A DNA stretch of 63,833 bases, the filler included, from Jimgerdemannia flammicorona (Eukaryota), in assembly GCA_003990765.1 (NCBI GenBank). It is 2 parts of 2 records of this genome, joined end to end, with 100 filler letters (N's around TTAATTAATTAA, not from the genome) between each part and the next. Parts side by side here need not be neighbours in the genome. Positions count along the whole stretch, not along the records: positions 31,976 to 63,833 come from RBNJ01000377.1; 1 more part is not named here. One strand, written 5' to 3'. The translations under genes and the position numbers were made by a program. Position 1 is the stretch's first letter. Every line of letters begins with the position of its first letter. Below are positions 50,769-63,833 of the stretch, piece after piece. Under the pieces are notes generated by a model that worked only from the letters and a program-made list of their open reading frames with translations, was not told the DNA's origin and made no database searches.

Positions 50769-52716
50769 TTCTATTATCTTCTTTTTTCAATATATAGATT
50801 GCAATATTCTAACTAAGATAGATCTTCTGATGTCTACAGTCTCAACAGTCTGGGTGTCTTTTATGGTTACAATATTTCATTACTTGAAAATACTATTCCT
50901 GATTATTGATCTCTTGTTGTCTTGAGAATCAGTATCCATCTTGATCATAGGTTGGTAGAAAGGTGGTCAAGGAATATACTTCTATTTGGATAAAGAGATC
51001 TTATTCTCTAAATTGACTTTATAACTTTGTAGTGACTTCTTAGAAGGTAATTAACTATATAACTATTATTGGGAGTTCTAATCTTTAGAGTCTCTATCTT
51101 TCTTATTGATCTAATAGATAGTACTGATAGCAGTAGTCTCAGGGAGAGTGAAAGACTATTTGATGTAGATATCTTCCTAGCCAAAAGGCTCTTCTTGGTA
51201 AGTTTCTTGCTTGGGAATAATAGAGATTATACTGGGTCCTTCTTCTATATTCCAAGGGTCATTATTTTCAGATAGTATCTAGTGAGGGTTATTTCAGAGA
51301 ATGAGTTTGGGAACTTCTTCCTCTTCAGGTACTTCTTGTTCAAAAATCTCTTATTCAGAGGTTTCTTCTTTCTTAGATGATTCTTAACTCCAGATTGCTT
51401 ATACTTCTGTAGCTTTGGCTGCAGATGTTTCTGGAATATGTCTGCATTTCTTCTTCCTTCTTCTACACTCAGGATAAGCTATATCAGATGAATTCCTTGT
51501 CTCAATAATTTTGGAGGAGTGCTCAGAATACTTGTATCTCTTGAGACAGATAGAGTATTCTTTAATTTCTCCTTCAATGGCTCCAATGGTGATGGGAATA
51601 GTATTTCTGGCCCATATGTTGTCTTCTGGCCTATTATTCACTAAGTTGATTTAGAGATTGAGTCTGGGATCATTTCCATCTTTGGATTCTTCTTTCTCTT
51701 CTGTAGTAGACTCTTCACTACTGGTATATTCTTCCTGAATGGTGACCTTCTTCTTCTTCTTCGATTGCTCATAGCTGGTCACCTTGACTTTATACTTCTT
51801 GCCTCAGTAGTCAAACTTGAGTACTTGTTGACTGATATCAATAACTACATTCATTTTCTTCATTCAGTTTATACCAAGAATCATATTATAGATAACAGCT
51901 TCAGTGACAATAGCTTTTGGGATAGAGAACTGAATGTGACTAAGGAAGATGGTGATGTTTTGTACTTCTCCAAGGGGTTGAGTTCAGGCTCCATCTGCTA
52001 CTATAATGCTGAGGTTGGATGGTCCATCAATAGACCATTAGAGGGTATCCAGACAGCTACTCCTATGTTTATGAGAATTTTTGCCTTTTGTCCTCCAATA
52101 TCTCTATATAGATAGGTGCTGACATATGTATCTCTCTATAGCTTAGATAGGTGTGGGAGCTAGTTCTTGCTGTGGAATTGAGACTCAGCCAGTACTAGAC
52201 CTGGTGGTTCTCAGTAATTTGTTTCAGACTCCAACTGATATCAGTTGTAGAAACTGCAGAAGAAAAACTTCTATCTTGGCTTTTTGAATCTTTTGCCAGG
52301 CTTTATTGTAGATGTCTCTAAGTATGGTCTTCAGGGTATACTTCTTTTTGGGCTTTGGGGCAGCAGGTTTTCATTCTTCTTACTCTATTTCTTCATTCTT
52401 TGGGAATAGCTTATTTGTCTCAGAGATAAAAGGTGAGAGAGACTGGGGTGGTATTTCTACTTACTCCTCTTTATGTTCTTCATCTTCTTCTTAGATTCTT
52501 CTGCTGGTATTCCTAGATGGCCTTCTTACAGGTCTCTTCCTTTTTTCTGCTGGGTAAACTGTCTTTTGGGTGATAACTTTGGCTGGATACAAGTCCAGGT
52601 TACTGTAGTTTTTACTGTTACTTTCTTCCTTAAAGTCTTTGATAGGATAGACTTCAGTCTTCTTATACTGAGTCTCATTCCTTTAGTTTAGTAGTTCTGA
52701 GTCCCTTCAGTCACTT
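50769..52716 (-). mobile_element. Degenerate repeat-derived coding remnant, unresolved
   Basis: CpG-depleted, with broken Lys/Glu-rich frames on the minus strand including 'AYPECRRRKKKCRH'. Confidence 0.35.
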
Positions 52717-55700
52717 CTTTTGTTTTTTGTTTTTTGTTTTTTTTTTATAGTCTCTTGGACTGCTATTTATTACCATGCTATCTATACTTAATAATACATA
52801 AGCATCCACAACTCTTCAGCCAATACTCCACAGATCTCTCTTCCTACTTCTCCTCTCTCCTGGCCAAAGAACAACCCAGCCACCCACCACCCTGACCCTA
52901 TCCCTACTCTTACTATAGATACAATTCACTAATTTCCAATGACTCCTCTCACCCAGTCTCCACCCTCTCTACTAATCATTCAAAATGTCAAGCAATAGCC
53001 ATTCCCAATATGCAACCCTAGTCCCAACCTCAACTTGCTGGCCCTCCTCAAAGACATGAAGCCAATGACCAGCCATCTCCATCTAAATTACCAGAGTCTA
53101 CCCTAAAGTCAACTATTCATTCTCAACCCTGCCCACCAATCTACAGGGAGGTCCCCCCATCTCCCTCCTTCTCCCTCCACCAGGGGCTGCAAACCCAACC
53201 TACTCAAAATACTATGCCAAAAATCCCCCAGGACTCTACACTCTCCTAGCCAATGTTCAGGCATCTGTACCACTCCTCCCTCCTGACCAATGTCTATATA
53301 TTTCTCACATTCCAAAATACTCCTGACCACTAAGTGTCCTGATCAGTAGTTCAGTATCACATTCTGCCTTAGGAATCTCCACCAGACCACTCAGAACTTG
53401 GAGGGAAGCCACTTCTTCACCCCCTTACTCCAAGACCAGACATCATTCCAGTTCCACTCCTCATCAATCTCCACTCATTGCCATGCTTCAGACCACAGGT
53501 CCCTACTGAGCCCCTGCAGACATTCCATACCATCACTAAGCTGAAAGTCCTCCACCAGTGTACTGTTTAGCAGTAGCCTATCCTATCACCATATCTGTGG
53601 TCTCCAGTCCTCCTCTCTCTCCTCACTCCACCACCAAAGCCCAATACTTCTTGCACCATCCATCACTCCTCACTAAAAGCTCTTGTAATGCATTCTCTTA
53701 CTTCCATCCATAGCCACCATCACTAGCAGATCTCCTGATACCCCCTGGAGGGAATACCAGACTTCCCACAGCCTCTACATAAGCAGTACCCACTCCTGGC
53801 CTCTCAGCTCACTCACTCTCTTCAGCCACCATGCATACAGGTAATGAAGGTGCTTGGTAAAATCCACCAAGCCCAGCCCACCTTGGTCAACAGGTAGAGT
53901 GAGAACCTTCCAACTTATCTGACTTCATCACTCAGCTCAAATCTATGATCTTGTCATCATTAGAAGTTATCAGACCACCTATGCTAGAAAGTCCAAATGA
54001 TACTCCACATACCACAACTTTGGTAACTAATATACATTCAGCACTATTATCCTCCCTACCAGGGATATATGCCAACTACCTTACCATAGGAGCTCATTCC
54101 CCCATACAAGTAACTATCTCTCTCACCACCCATAAGGCAGAAGGGATCCATATACTGAAAAGTATATTCCTAGGTATCAGACTGATTCTTCTATAGAAAC
54201 CACTGTCCCAATTACATCACTGCCAACTATGCTATTGTTTAACACCAGAGTCTCACACTTATACCAATTGAGCCAAGCACCCAAGCCTCTCTCATACCAT
54301 TCCACTATTCTCCACAGTTCCTCCACATCCTCCAGAGAACTCAGTCCAACCACCATGTCATCAGCAAATGCCTCTACCTTCCAGTTAATCTCCAAAATGT
54401 CCAAACTCCCAATTTGATGCTGAATCTTATCCAACAGGGGCTCCAAGGAAAGGGCATAAAGGATGGATGATAAAGGGTCCCCTTGTGGCACTCCATATCT
54501 TAGTAAAAAAGTCTCACCCCTATGCCTATTCATCATGAGAGCTATATGACTGCCCTCTAATAGACTGATCAATGCCCTCCTGCACTCTGATGGAACCCCC
54601 ACTTATTTCAATACTCCTTTTAGCCATACCCTCCTCACTCTATCATATGCCTTCTCCTAATCCAGGAATACAAGCCAACTATCTACCCCAGTAGCCCTGG
54701 CCCCTTCAATCACCTCATGGATTCAGACAGTACCATCTCAGATCAACTGACCACTAACAAATCCCCTCTGTTCTACTCCTAGTACCTACTGAGTGATCCT
54801 CTGCAGCCTAGTTACCAAGATCCTTATCACCAACTTATGGTCCATATCAAGAAGTATGATTGACTACCAGTTTCTCTAATCTTCTCTCCACCTCTTATTT
54901 TTATAGAGCAAAGAGACCAGCCCTAGATGCTGGCCCCCAATCCAAGCTCCAGATTGAAGCACCTCATCACACATCACCATAATTTCCTCCAGAGCCACTA
55001 CTACCCCTGCTATCTTCTTCCAAAAATCCCAGGGCAATCTGTCCTCTCCTGGAGTAGTTCTCTTGCTTATTACAGCTAAAACCTCACACACTTCTTCCCT
55101 CCTCACCAGAACCCCCAGCAACCCCAGACCCAATATAGAATCTGAATGCCAATTCTCCAATTGATGCTTAATATTCAGAGCATCCTCATCCCCTTCTTCC
55201 TCACTCCATAAGTTCCCTCAGTGAGTTCTTAGTAATCTCAGAATCGCAGAAGTCCTCACTACCATCTCTCCATCCTCATTCAAGATACCATCCCACTGCT
55301 GTCTAGTTCTCTGCACTTGGAGCAACTGTGATAGAAATCTAATGGGTCTCTCCCTCTCCTCCAACTCTTGTCACTATAGTCTCACTATTATCTCCTTCAA
55401 CTTAACCTCTTTCTTCATTCATATCACTTTCTTAAGCTTCTCAACTTTCTTTTGAATCTACAGAATATGCCAGTTGGCCATCTTTCACTCCTCTAGTATT
55501 CCTGCCCATCTCTCCAGGAGAGCTACCAATTGCTGTGAAGCCCATTGTATTCTCCACCATTACTGAGCACTCTTTCCTTTCCCTGCCTCTCTCTAGTATC
55601 TCTGAGCACTCAATTTCAGCCTCCACTAATGATCCCCAACCACCAGTCCCTGTTCCTGCCACTGACCAATATTCCCAATAATCTCCACCTCCCAGTCTAC

Positions 55701-56578
55701 CTATAAAGAACCATTCTCCAATAAAGAAGAATTTAGTCACTAATATCCAGGCCCATCTCCTTCCCCCAAACCTCTCCTTCCCTATCAGACTCCAGTGGTC
55801 CAACCATAGGCACCAAACCACCTTCAGCACAGCTCAGACATCCACTCCCCAGTACTCCACAATCAATATCCAGTTGATCCTGGAGCCCAGCCCTACCACC
55901 CAGTGAGTATAAATTCAATAGTCCTTCTAAAACTGCCTCTCTGAATCAACTAAAGAGCTCAGTCTCTCCAACTCTATCCAGTCATCCAACCCACCACTCC
56001 TGCCCCTCAATCCTCTCCCACTATCAGTCTTATCTATTACAATATCCCAAATCATGTTAAAGTCACCCTCCAGGCATCAATCCTAGCCTCACCTATAATA
56101 CCTATCTCTCACAAATTCCAGATCTAATCTACTTGTTCCCCCCTCTCTGCCAGGCAGTAATATGACCTAACAGTCACAGGGCTCTATCCAGGCCTCTTCC
56201 ACACTCCCTACACCAATCTACTTCCCTAATGTTCAATATCACCAATGTCCCCCATCTCCTTTCTAATCAGAATATCCACTTGTCCAGACCATACTACTGC
56301 TCTCCCCCACTCTCTAGTCCAATCCTATAAGTCTACATCCACCTCATAATGCACATCCTGCAGTAAGAAAAGATTCACATCCAGTCTCTTGAGCTAACCA
56401 AATATGTACCTTCACTAAGCTGCACCCCTCAACTCATTCACATTCAAAGAGAATATTCTAGTTATACTGTTCATATTGAATAATGTTTGATGTTGAGAAC
56501 TCAGCCTAGAATTCTATACTCATCTCATCTCTAGCCAGATCCAAATGCTGCTCTACTTCCAGATTCTCTTCCACTAGA
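52717..56578 (-). mobile_element. Third L1-like LINE (ORF2 plus end of ORF1), 5'-truncated, divergent subfamily
   Basis: T-rich tail at 52717-52747 followed by 'atagtctcttggac'. 'GVPQGDPLSSILY...AFADD' (54177-54602). ORF2 start near 56473. Confidence 0.88.
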
Positions 56579-56724
56579 GCCGGATCGGGAGCGTGCGATG
56601 TGGAAATCGCGGGTGGTCAGTTGTTGAGCGCTTTGGGATAGGGGATGGGAGATAATCTTTTGCTAGTGTCGGTTCCGCAGCCTGTTTCGACATCTCAATC
56701 ATGACATAATCGCTGTCAAAAATA

Positions 56725-58180
56725 ATGCTCCGATCGGAACGGAACCGATACAATCACGTGTCCGTATCTCAGGATCCCATTAAGGAGGTTCTTTCACGTG
56801 GGGAAATGATAGGTGCCACAATTACTTTCTTTGCACACTATATATACCACACCCGCAACACCGCAGATAGGCAAACCACTACCACAGATGATGTTCGACG
56901 GACCACTTACGATCAGCAGCACCGGTTCGGAACATTCCGGCACGCCCCGCTCGTCACTTGCCAGCTCCGGCCGCGACAGCTCCACGGCCATGCAGGCGGT
57001 CCCCCTTATGCAAAACCGCGGTAGCATATGAGTCGGGAGATAAAATCGCGTGAAGAGGTGAACTTTGTTTACTCCCTAGAGCTCGTTGAAACTTTGTTCG
57101 CGTACTGACGCGCGAGTTTATCGTCAAATGGGTACGGTTACTCCAACAGGTTAATGTTATGCAGAAAGAAATTGACTTCTACAAGAAGAAACTGGAAGCG
57201 GCGGAGGCCGAGGTAGGTGTTCTCTGCATTATTTTTAGCTCCCAATCATTGATTTTCGTGCTTTTACCCACGAGTTTCATTGCTAACAGCCTTTCCACTT
57301 GATAGTCAACCAAACAGATCGAGCAACTCAAACACCTCCATGAACAGCTTCAGAAAGAATCTAACCTGCGCAAATCTTCGGAGACTCAATTAAAGGAGGC
57401 TCAGGCCGAGGTACATTTGTTTTATTTTAACCTTTACTCAAATTTCAGACGTGCATACACACACCGAGCATCACTGTCTGACCCTCGTGTTCGCTATCAA
57501 ACAGATTCTTTCATTGAAAGATGCTCTAGAACAACAGTCAATGCAAGTTTGAAGGGAGACTTGAAACCGGGCGTTTGGCTGAAGAGACCAAGCAGATTCT
57601 AGAAAAGGAACCCGAGGCGCAACTTAAACTAAAGCAGAAAATACAAAAGGAAGTCGAGGTGCGATTTGAATTGGAGCAGAAAGAATTGAAGCAAAAAGTA
57701 GAAAAAGAAGTCGCGGTGCGACTTGAATTAGAACGCGATTTCGAGAAAGTTCAAGCTGAGGTATGTAGTCTGTCAGCATTCTTGCCAACAACCTATCCTC
57801 AGCTACTGACCATTCCTAACCATTCCTTATTTCGTGATAGACGAGTGCGGCTGAAAAGAGAATTCGTAAACTAGAGCAAATGATCACTCAGGTACATTCA
57901 TCGACCTACCTATATCTACAAAAGCTAAATCAAATGCTTACAATCTTTTCTTGAATTCCACTAGGCTTTTCCTCAGCTGGTGGTTGAACATCACCCTTTT
58001 GGAGGCGAGCCCGCCCGATCTTCTAAGGAAAATAGAATACAGCCGTCATCGGGTATGCTTACCCCAAATAAAGCCTCCGGCAATGGTCCTCCCCGTTCCC
58101 GTTCCCGATCACCACTCCCAGCCTCTGGTCATGCCAGCCTAAGGCAAGACAAGCGCACCGTCCTTGGACCAGCTATGTAG
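56725..58180 (+). CDS. Coiled-coil protein gene, paralog A (multi-exon; 5' structure uncertain, may be a pseudogene)
   Basis: GT-AG bounded exons: 'KEIDFYKKKLEAAEAE' (~57164-57212), 'STKQIEQLKH...EAQAE', '...ELERDFEKVQAE', 'TSAAEKRIRKLEQMITQ' (57841-57890) and 'AFPQLVVEH...RSRSRSP...' (57965-58180). Confidence 0.6.
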
Positions 58181-59455
58181 GTATTATTTATTTATTAGCT
58201 TGGCGACCTCGATTATTCGTGCCTATTCCAAAACATTCCAACCCATCTGTTGCTTTATATTTTCGTTTTGATAGGACCAATATAAAGTAGACTGCCGTTC
58301 GAAAAGAACACGAACTTTCAATTAAATACTTACCTTGTAAATTTTTTTTTTTTTTCTTTTTTTTGACCTTTTAAATTATTTCTCCTACACTTTGAACCTT
58401 TTTTTCATTTCTTTCCCCCTTTCCCCAAAAATAAATAAATAAAAGCTCCCGAGATGCTAGCTGAATTCTTCGCATCAGCCTGTCTAATCTTGTAATCTCC
58501 ATTGCTCCCATGGATCGTACTTCCATAATTATAATATTTAATATACGACACATTCCTGAGTATGACGTTCTTAAGCTGATATTTTATTTCATTTCAGAAC
58601 AAGGTGGCGGAACCACGAATCTCTCTAGAGTATCGATATTGATTTACTCTCTCGGGTAACTTGGGTTCATATTTGGATTCGAACTTGATCTGGTTATCCT
58701 TCACGGATTCCACTGCGATCGGACAATCCCGTAAGCCATTGGTCTTGAGAATGTCTTGACCCATCTCATGAGCACATAATATCCCTTTTCGCTTTCAGAA
58801 TGATTTCTACTCAAGTTTATCCACTCTTCTGGATTGCACGCCACAACACTATTTTTATTCATTTTATTTTATTTAAAAAAGCATGTACCGAATGATGTCA
58901 TCAGTTATGCTAACACTTTATTCTTTGCAAGCATACAATTATTCATACCCTTTCCTCGCTACTCTATCAAAATCTGTAATTGTGGCGGGAAAAGGGTAAG
59001 GGTGAGCAGGAGGTGTTGTGTAGAAAGGTAATAGGGTATAGGGTACCACAGATGTCGAATATAGAGGAAGATTGCATTATAAGCTGACTTGTTCAATCAT
59101 TTGGCTGGAAAAGCGAAAGATAACCAGTGAAGATGATATATTCCTTAAGGAATGGAACTCGCACAGACCATCTTTCGGACAAAAGGTTCAAGCCACGTAT
59201 CAAGATCATAATATGCAATGTATTTCGTGATGAGACGAACTCACATGAGACACTATTTTGGATGGCAGAACGTAATATACAATTAGACAATTATATGAGA
59301 CATACTGAAGGAAAACAGAAATAGACAAAAATGAAAAGAAAAAATAAATAAAATAAAATAAACTTGAAGGAGGAAAACGAAGCTATACACAAACATGACA
59401 GTACACTACTCCCATAGAACGAGATCTTGAATCGACCAGAACCCGCCACAGACTA

Positions 59456-59815
59456 TCATCCCTTCCCTTCTAATCCATGCCCCACCGACACCTTCCAACT
59501 ACACACCCGCAGGTGGGCCTGGACGAGAGTGGCCTCCTGCACGAGGACGTCATCCGTCGAGGGGAGCCAGATCGTGCGCGGGAAGGAGGTGGAGGGAGGT
59601 GTTGGAGCGGGTGAACGCTTCAGGATGTGTGCGTGCTCGTAGACGATGAAGCGGTGGCCGAGGGCAGAGGAAGCTTGGAAATTACGGAACGGTGTGTAGG
59701 GAATAAACTCATCCTTGATCCAGAAAGACTTTTGGAGCAGGTGTATGTATTCATCTGGATGATCCGAATCCACTTTCGAATTAGGCGATTTATTCATCTG
59801 GATGTATTTCAGCAC
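59456..59815 (-). CDS. Hypothetical protein or gene fragment
   Basis: 119-aa ORF in GC-rich, coding-like sequence. 'EFIPYTPFRNFQ' weakly recalls the pre-kinase segment of fungal TKL kinases. Confidence 0.3.
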   Translation of the reverse strand: MLKYIQMNKSPNSKVDSDHPDEYIHLLQKSFWIKDEFIPYTPFRNFQASSALGHRFIVYEHAHILKRSPAPTPPSTSFPRTIWLPSTDDVLVQEATLVQAHLRVCSWKVSVGHGLEGKG

Positions 59816-60657
59816 CGTTCATTGTCTTAGTGCTCGTCCATTTTTGGTTCCGCCTGTCGGTTCCACAGCTGTCATCTATTGTTCCATTGTTTCCGTGGGA
59901 CATTCAAAATAACTCCGACCGGAACGGAACGGGGACAAGACCGAATTTGTGACTTGATTTCGGGGGGGTTTTTTTTTTATTTGACCTGTCAGGCGTTTTC
60001 TATTGTATCTTTGATGATGTTTATAGTGTTGTATCTCAACAATTAAGGGCTTTCCAAACCGAATCGGATACGCGTCGCCCCAATAGGTCAAATAAACCGA
60101 TTTGAATGACCATTATCTCAGCGATTTTAATGATTGGAATCCTTATTCCAACATAAACAGGTTCTGTCAAAGTCCGGCTTATCTTGTCGTTTTGCTTGCA
60201 TTTGTCGATTTGCTTATTTATTTACACAGATTGAAACGGGACAAGTTTTTCCGTTTAGAGCACATTGCGGAGTGACAATGTATCTGATCAATCCAAGCTC
60301 GACTCCATCAAGCGACTCGGTACCGAATATCTCGCTTACTAGGGGCGCTTCATACCTACTTATTAATAACTCGAGACTGACCCCGCCTCCATTTATGACC
60401 TCCGAGTCACTGCTCAGCTCTTCATAATAAGCACATTTTTATTGCGAATTTTCGATATTCTGGCTGATGCAATACATCCACTAGTCAATGCTACTTTTTG
60501 AAAATCAAGAGCCGATCTGAGCATATCTTACTTGTGATTACCATAAACCTTGAGCTCATCATTGTTAGAGTATGACTTAAACGGTTCACGTGGAAATGGT
60601 CAAATTAAATTAAAATCCAATGCGCCACAACTTCCCCTTCGCTTACAACCGCGAACT

Positions 60658-63311
60658 ATGGAACCACGCACGCCCGAAACACCACGAGAGAGAAGCGTAC
60701 CACCACTACGAGTACCGCTCGACCGACCACCTACTGCCAGCAGCGCCAGCGCCGGTTCGGAACAACCTACAACACGAAGCGTATCACTACTACGGGAACC
60801 GCTCGACCAAACACCTACGGAACATTCCGGCACACCCCACTCGTCACTTGCCAGCCCCGGCTACGACAGCCCCACGGCCGTGCAGACGGTCTCCCCTATG
60901 TACGGCCGCTACAGTTCCACGACCGTGCAGGCGGTCCCCCTTTTGCAAGACCGCGGCAGACCCACGACCGTGAAGGAGACCTTCGCTAAGCAGATTGGCC
61001 CCACGAAGAACGCAGCACGATCTTACAAGCGTGACAGCAACGGAGAGGCGAACGAGTTCAAGGCAGGCGAACTGCGCAGAAAGCGACGGCATACTTCGCG
61101 AGGCGTCTCTACCAGACAGCAGCAATTGCTATGTGACGCAGGTACATGGGCAAAGAGGATCGAAGGAGCGGCAGTGTGAATTGTGAAGGCAGCATAGGCC
61201 AGCAAATACCGTATGCGTTCCAACCTATTCTATTTATATTATACTCATTGTTGTCTTTTTTGTTCAAAATATATGTGGAAATTTAATAGAAACCAGTGAG
61301 TGAGTGTTATATGGCGTTTATTGCCCGTGTATTTCAAAGCATTCCATATGGATTCCAGATACTTAACTGTTGCTTCTGTTCGTTCTCAATCAGCTATGGC
61401 TCTACCAGCTTCAAATCGGCCAAAATAGCCGTCGACCCTACACCCTCTCAAGCAACATCCGCCCTCCTCATCCCTTCCACCGACGTTTCGCCCGTCGCTC
61501 ATGACAAAATGCCTATTCACTCCAAGTCACGCACAATCTCCGACAACTCCGAGCCACGCGTAATATCGCTCCAAGGCACCGAGGTCGCGTCCACGGACGA
61601 CGATGAGGAGAGCCATCTCCTTTCTTGCAAGATCGATGCCCTGCTCCTCATGCGCTTGAACCGCCACAATAGGTCAAACGTGCTAAGGTATCCCAAAGAA
61701 CGGCCTCTAGATGAGCTCGGCAACAGGATGACAAAATTCCAAGCAACAGCCAGAGGCTACCTGTTACGCACGAAGCCTTTGATACGGGAGTTCAAGAAGT
61801 CAATCAGCGCACGTGAGTCAAACCTAAAATGTTCATATTGCATATCTTCCCTGGTACATATATACCCCCCCCCCCTTTCCCAAACTCATATAAACTCTGG
61901 TGTCTCTTCCTCCAAACTATGCAACCCGCATATTATACCCAGGAATCATCGTTACCAACGTCCAGGCGTATGCGCGCGGCTATATCATCCGCAAGAAGAT
62001 TCAGGCACACCATGTCGCAGCTTCCAAAATCCAAGCAGTATGGTAAGCTTGACCTATTTACTTACCCTGGCGTCGAATCTTGTGTTATTTATTTCACCGT
62101 TGTGCTGCTGTGCTAGTTGGGCTCCAAAAAATTTGTGAACGCACTCGGCTGACCCTGTGCTGCTCGCTTCAGGCGTGGCTTCAAAACACGAAAATTCTTG
62201 GCCTCAACGGATCGGGAGACTATATCGGATGAGGCGATGGAGGACCGCTTTGAAGAGGCTGTTGATGAGGTGAGTTTTCCTTGAACTTTGTTTACTCTCT
62301 ACAGTCGCTTGAAAACTTTGCTCGCGTACTGACGCGCAAGTTTATCGTCAAATTGCCATTTGAAAGGTACTGTTACTCCAAGAACAGGTTGATGATATGC
62401 AGAAAGAAATTGACCACTACAAGGAGAAACTGAAAACGGCAGAGACCGTGGTAGGTGCTCACTGCACCCTTTTTTAGCCCCAAATATTCTCCCACGAGTT
62501 TCATTGCTAATCGTTTTTTTCCACTTGATAGTCAACCAAACAGATCGAGCAACTCACTGAACAGGTTCAGAAGTTAGAGGAGGCTCAGGTCGAGGTACAT
62601 ATTTTGCTTATTTTAACCTTTGCTCGAGCCCATGCCGAGTATCATCGGCTGACCCTCGTGTTCGTTTCCAATCAGGTTCTCTCGTTGAAAGACGCTCTAG
62701 AACAACAAGTCAAAGACCTTGAGCAGAAAGCGGAAAAGGAAGCCGAGGCGCGACGGGAATTAGAGCAGAAAGCGGAAAAGGAAGCCGAGGCACGACTGGA
62801 ATTAGAACGGAAAGCAAAAAAGGAAGCCGAGATGCGACTTGAATTAGAACGCCATCTCAAGAAAGTTCAAGATGTGGTGTGTAGCCTGTCAGTGATCTTG
62901 CCAACAACTTATCCTTAGTTATAGAACATTCCTAATCTTTTATTCCTTATTTCGTAATAGACGAGTGCGGCTGAAGAGAGAATCCGTAAACTAGAGCAAA
63001 TGATCTCTCAGGTACGTTCACCGACTTACCTCAATCAATGATATATCCGCAAACCCAAAACGTTATCAAATGCTTACTCTTTTCTTGAATTTCACTAGGC
63101 TTTCCCTCACCTGGTGGTTGAACAACATTCTTCCGGCGATGAACCCGCCCGACCTTCCAAGGAGAATAGAACACAGCTCTCATCTAGTATGCTTTCCCCA
63201 GATAAAGCCTTCGGCATTGACCCTCGTTCCCGTCCCCGTTCCCGTTCCCGATCGCCACTCCCAGTCTCTGGTCGTGTCGACAAGCGCACCGTCCTTGGAC
63301 AGGCTACGTAA
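60658..63311 (+). CDS. Coiled-coil protein gene, paralog B, with Pro/Ser/Thr-rich N-region and IQ-like motif (exon structure partly uncertain)
   Basis: 60820-60960 resembles 56920-57020. IQ-like 'FQATARGYLLR' at ~61735-61770. 62265-63450 parallels 57050-58330 with the same introns. 'ELEQKAEKEAEAR' repeats. Confidence 0.6.
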
Positions 63312-63682
63312 GTATTATTTATTTATTAAACTGGCGACCTCGATTGTTATTTGTGCCTATTCCAAAACATTCCAACCCATCTGTTTATATTTTCGTTTTG
63401 ATAGGACCAATGTAAAGTCGACTGCCTTTCGAAAAGAACACTAACTTTCCTAATTTATTCAATTAATTACTTGTAAATTATTTCTCTAATTTAACCCCCC
63501 CCCATAAAAAAATAAATAAATAAATAAATAAACAAGAGCCCCCGAGGTTCTTCACGCCAGCCTTTATGTCTAATGATGGTATGCCAGTGAGAACCACATC
63601 TTATATATTTTATTGGCTCCCATGGATCGTGACTCCATAATAATAATATATGACCTATTGAATATGACGTTCTTCAAGCTGG

Positions 63683-63720
<38 letters not shown>

Positions 63721-63833
63721 CAGAACCACGAACCGTGATATTAATTCATAATTTGAATTCGAACTTGGTCAGGTTCGCCTTCACTGCTCGGACAATCTCG
63801 CGAGCTATTGGTTTTTGATCCTTCTTTTTGTCA

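Overview
Eukaryotic DNA with short GT-AG introns and fungal-type transposable elements. It is most consistent with a repeat-rich fungus, possibly an early-diverging one (inference). The window alternates between CpG-depleted, C-to-T hypermutated transposon nests and CpG-rich genic islands. Contents from start to end: (1) 1-14.7 kb: the 3' half of a chromovirus fused to a second Ty3/Gypsy element. The second element has a dUTPase between protease and RT, and ~1.56 kb LTRs that contain a decayed ~295-codon ORF. One LTR copy carries a 5'-truncated LINE. (2) 14.7-31.9 kb: decayed genes (ABCA transporter, a glutathione peroxidase fragment, a BTB/POZ protein) and a Crinkler-like PD-(D/E)xK nuclease gene. 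A structurally complete DIRS retrotransposon with a methyltransferase domain sits in one intron of that gene. (3) 31876-31975: an artificial N-TTAATTAATTAA-N contig linker. (4) 32-56.6 kb: a hAT remnant with a nested Tc1 (DD34E) element, LTR/gag remnants and three L1-like LINEs, one nested in another. (5) 56.6-63.8 kb: two paralogous intron-containing coiled-coil genes. The best novelty candidate is the dUTPase-bearing Gypsy element with an LTR-encoded accessory ORF. No database searches were run, and boundaries of degenerate features are approximate.
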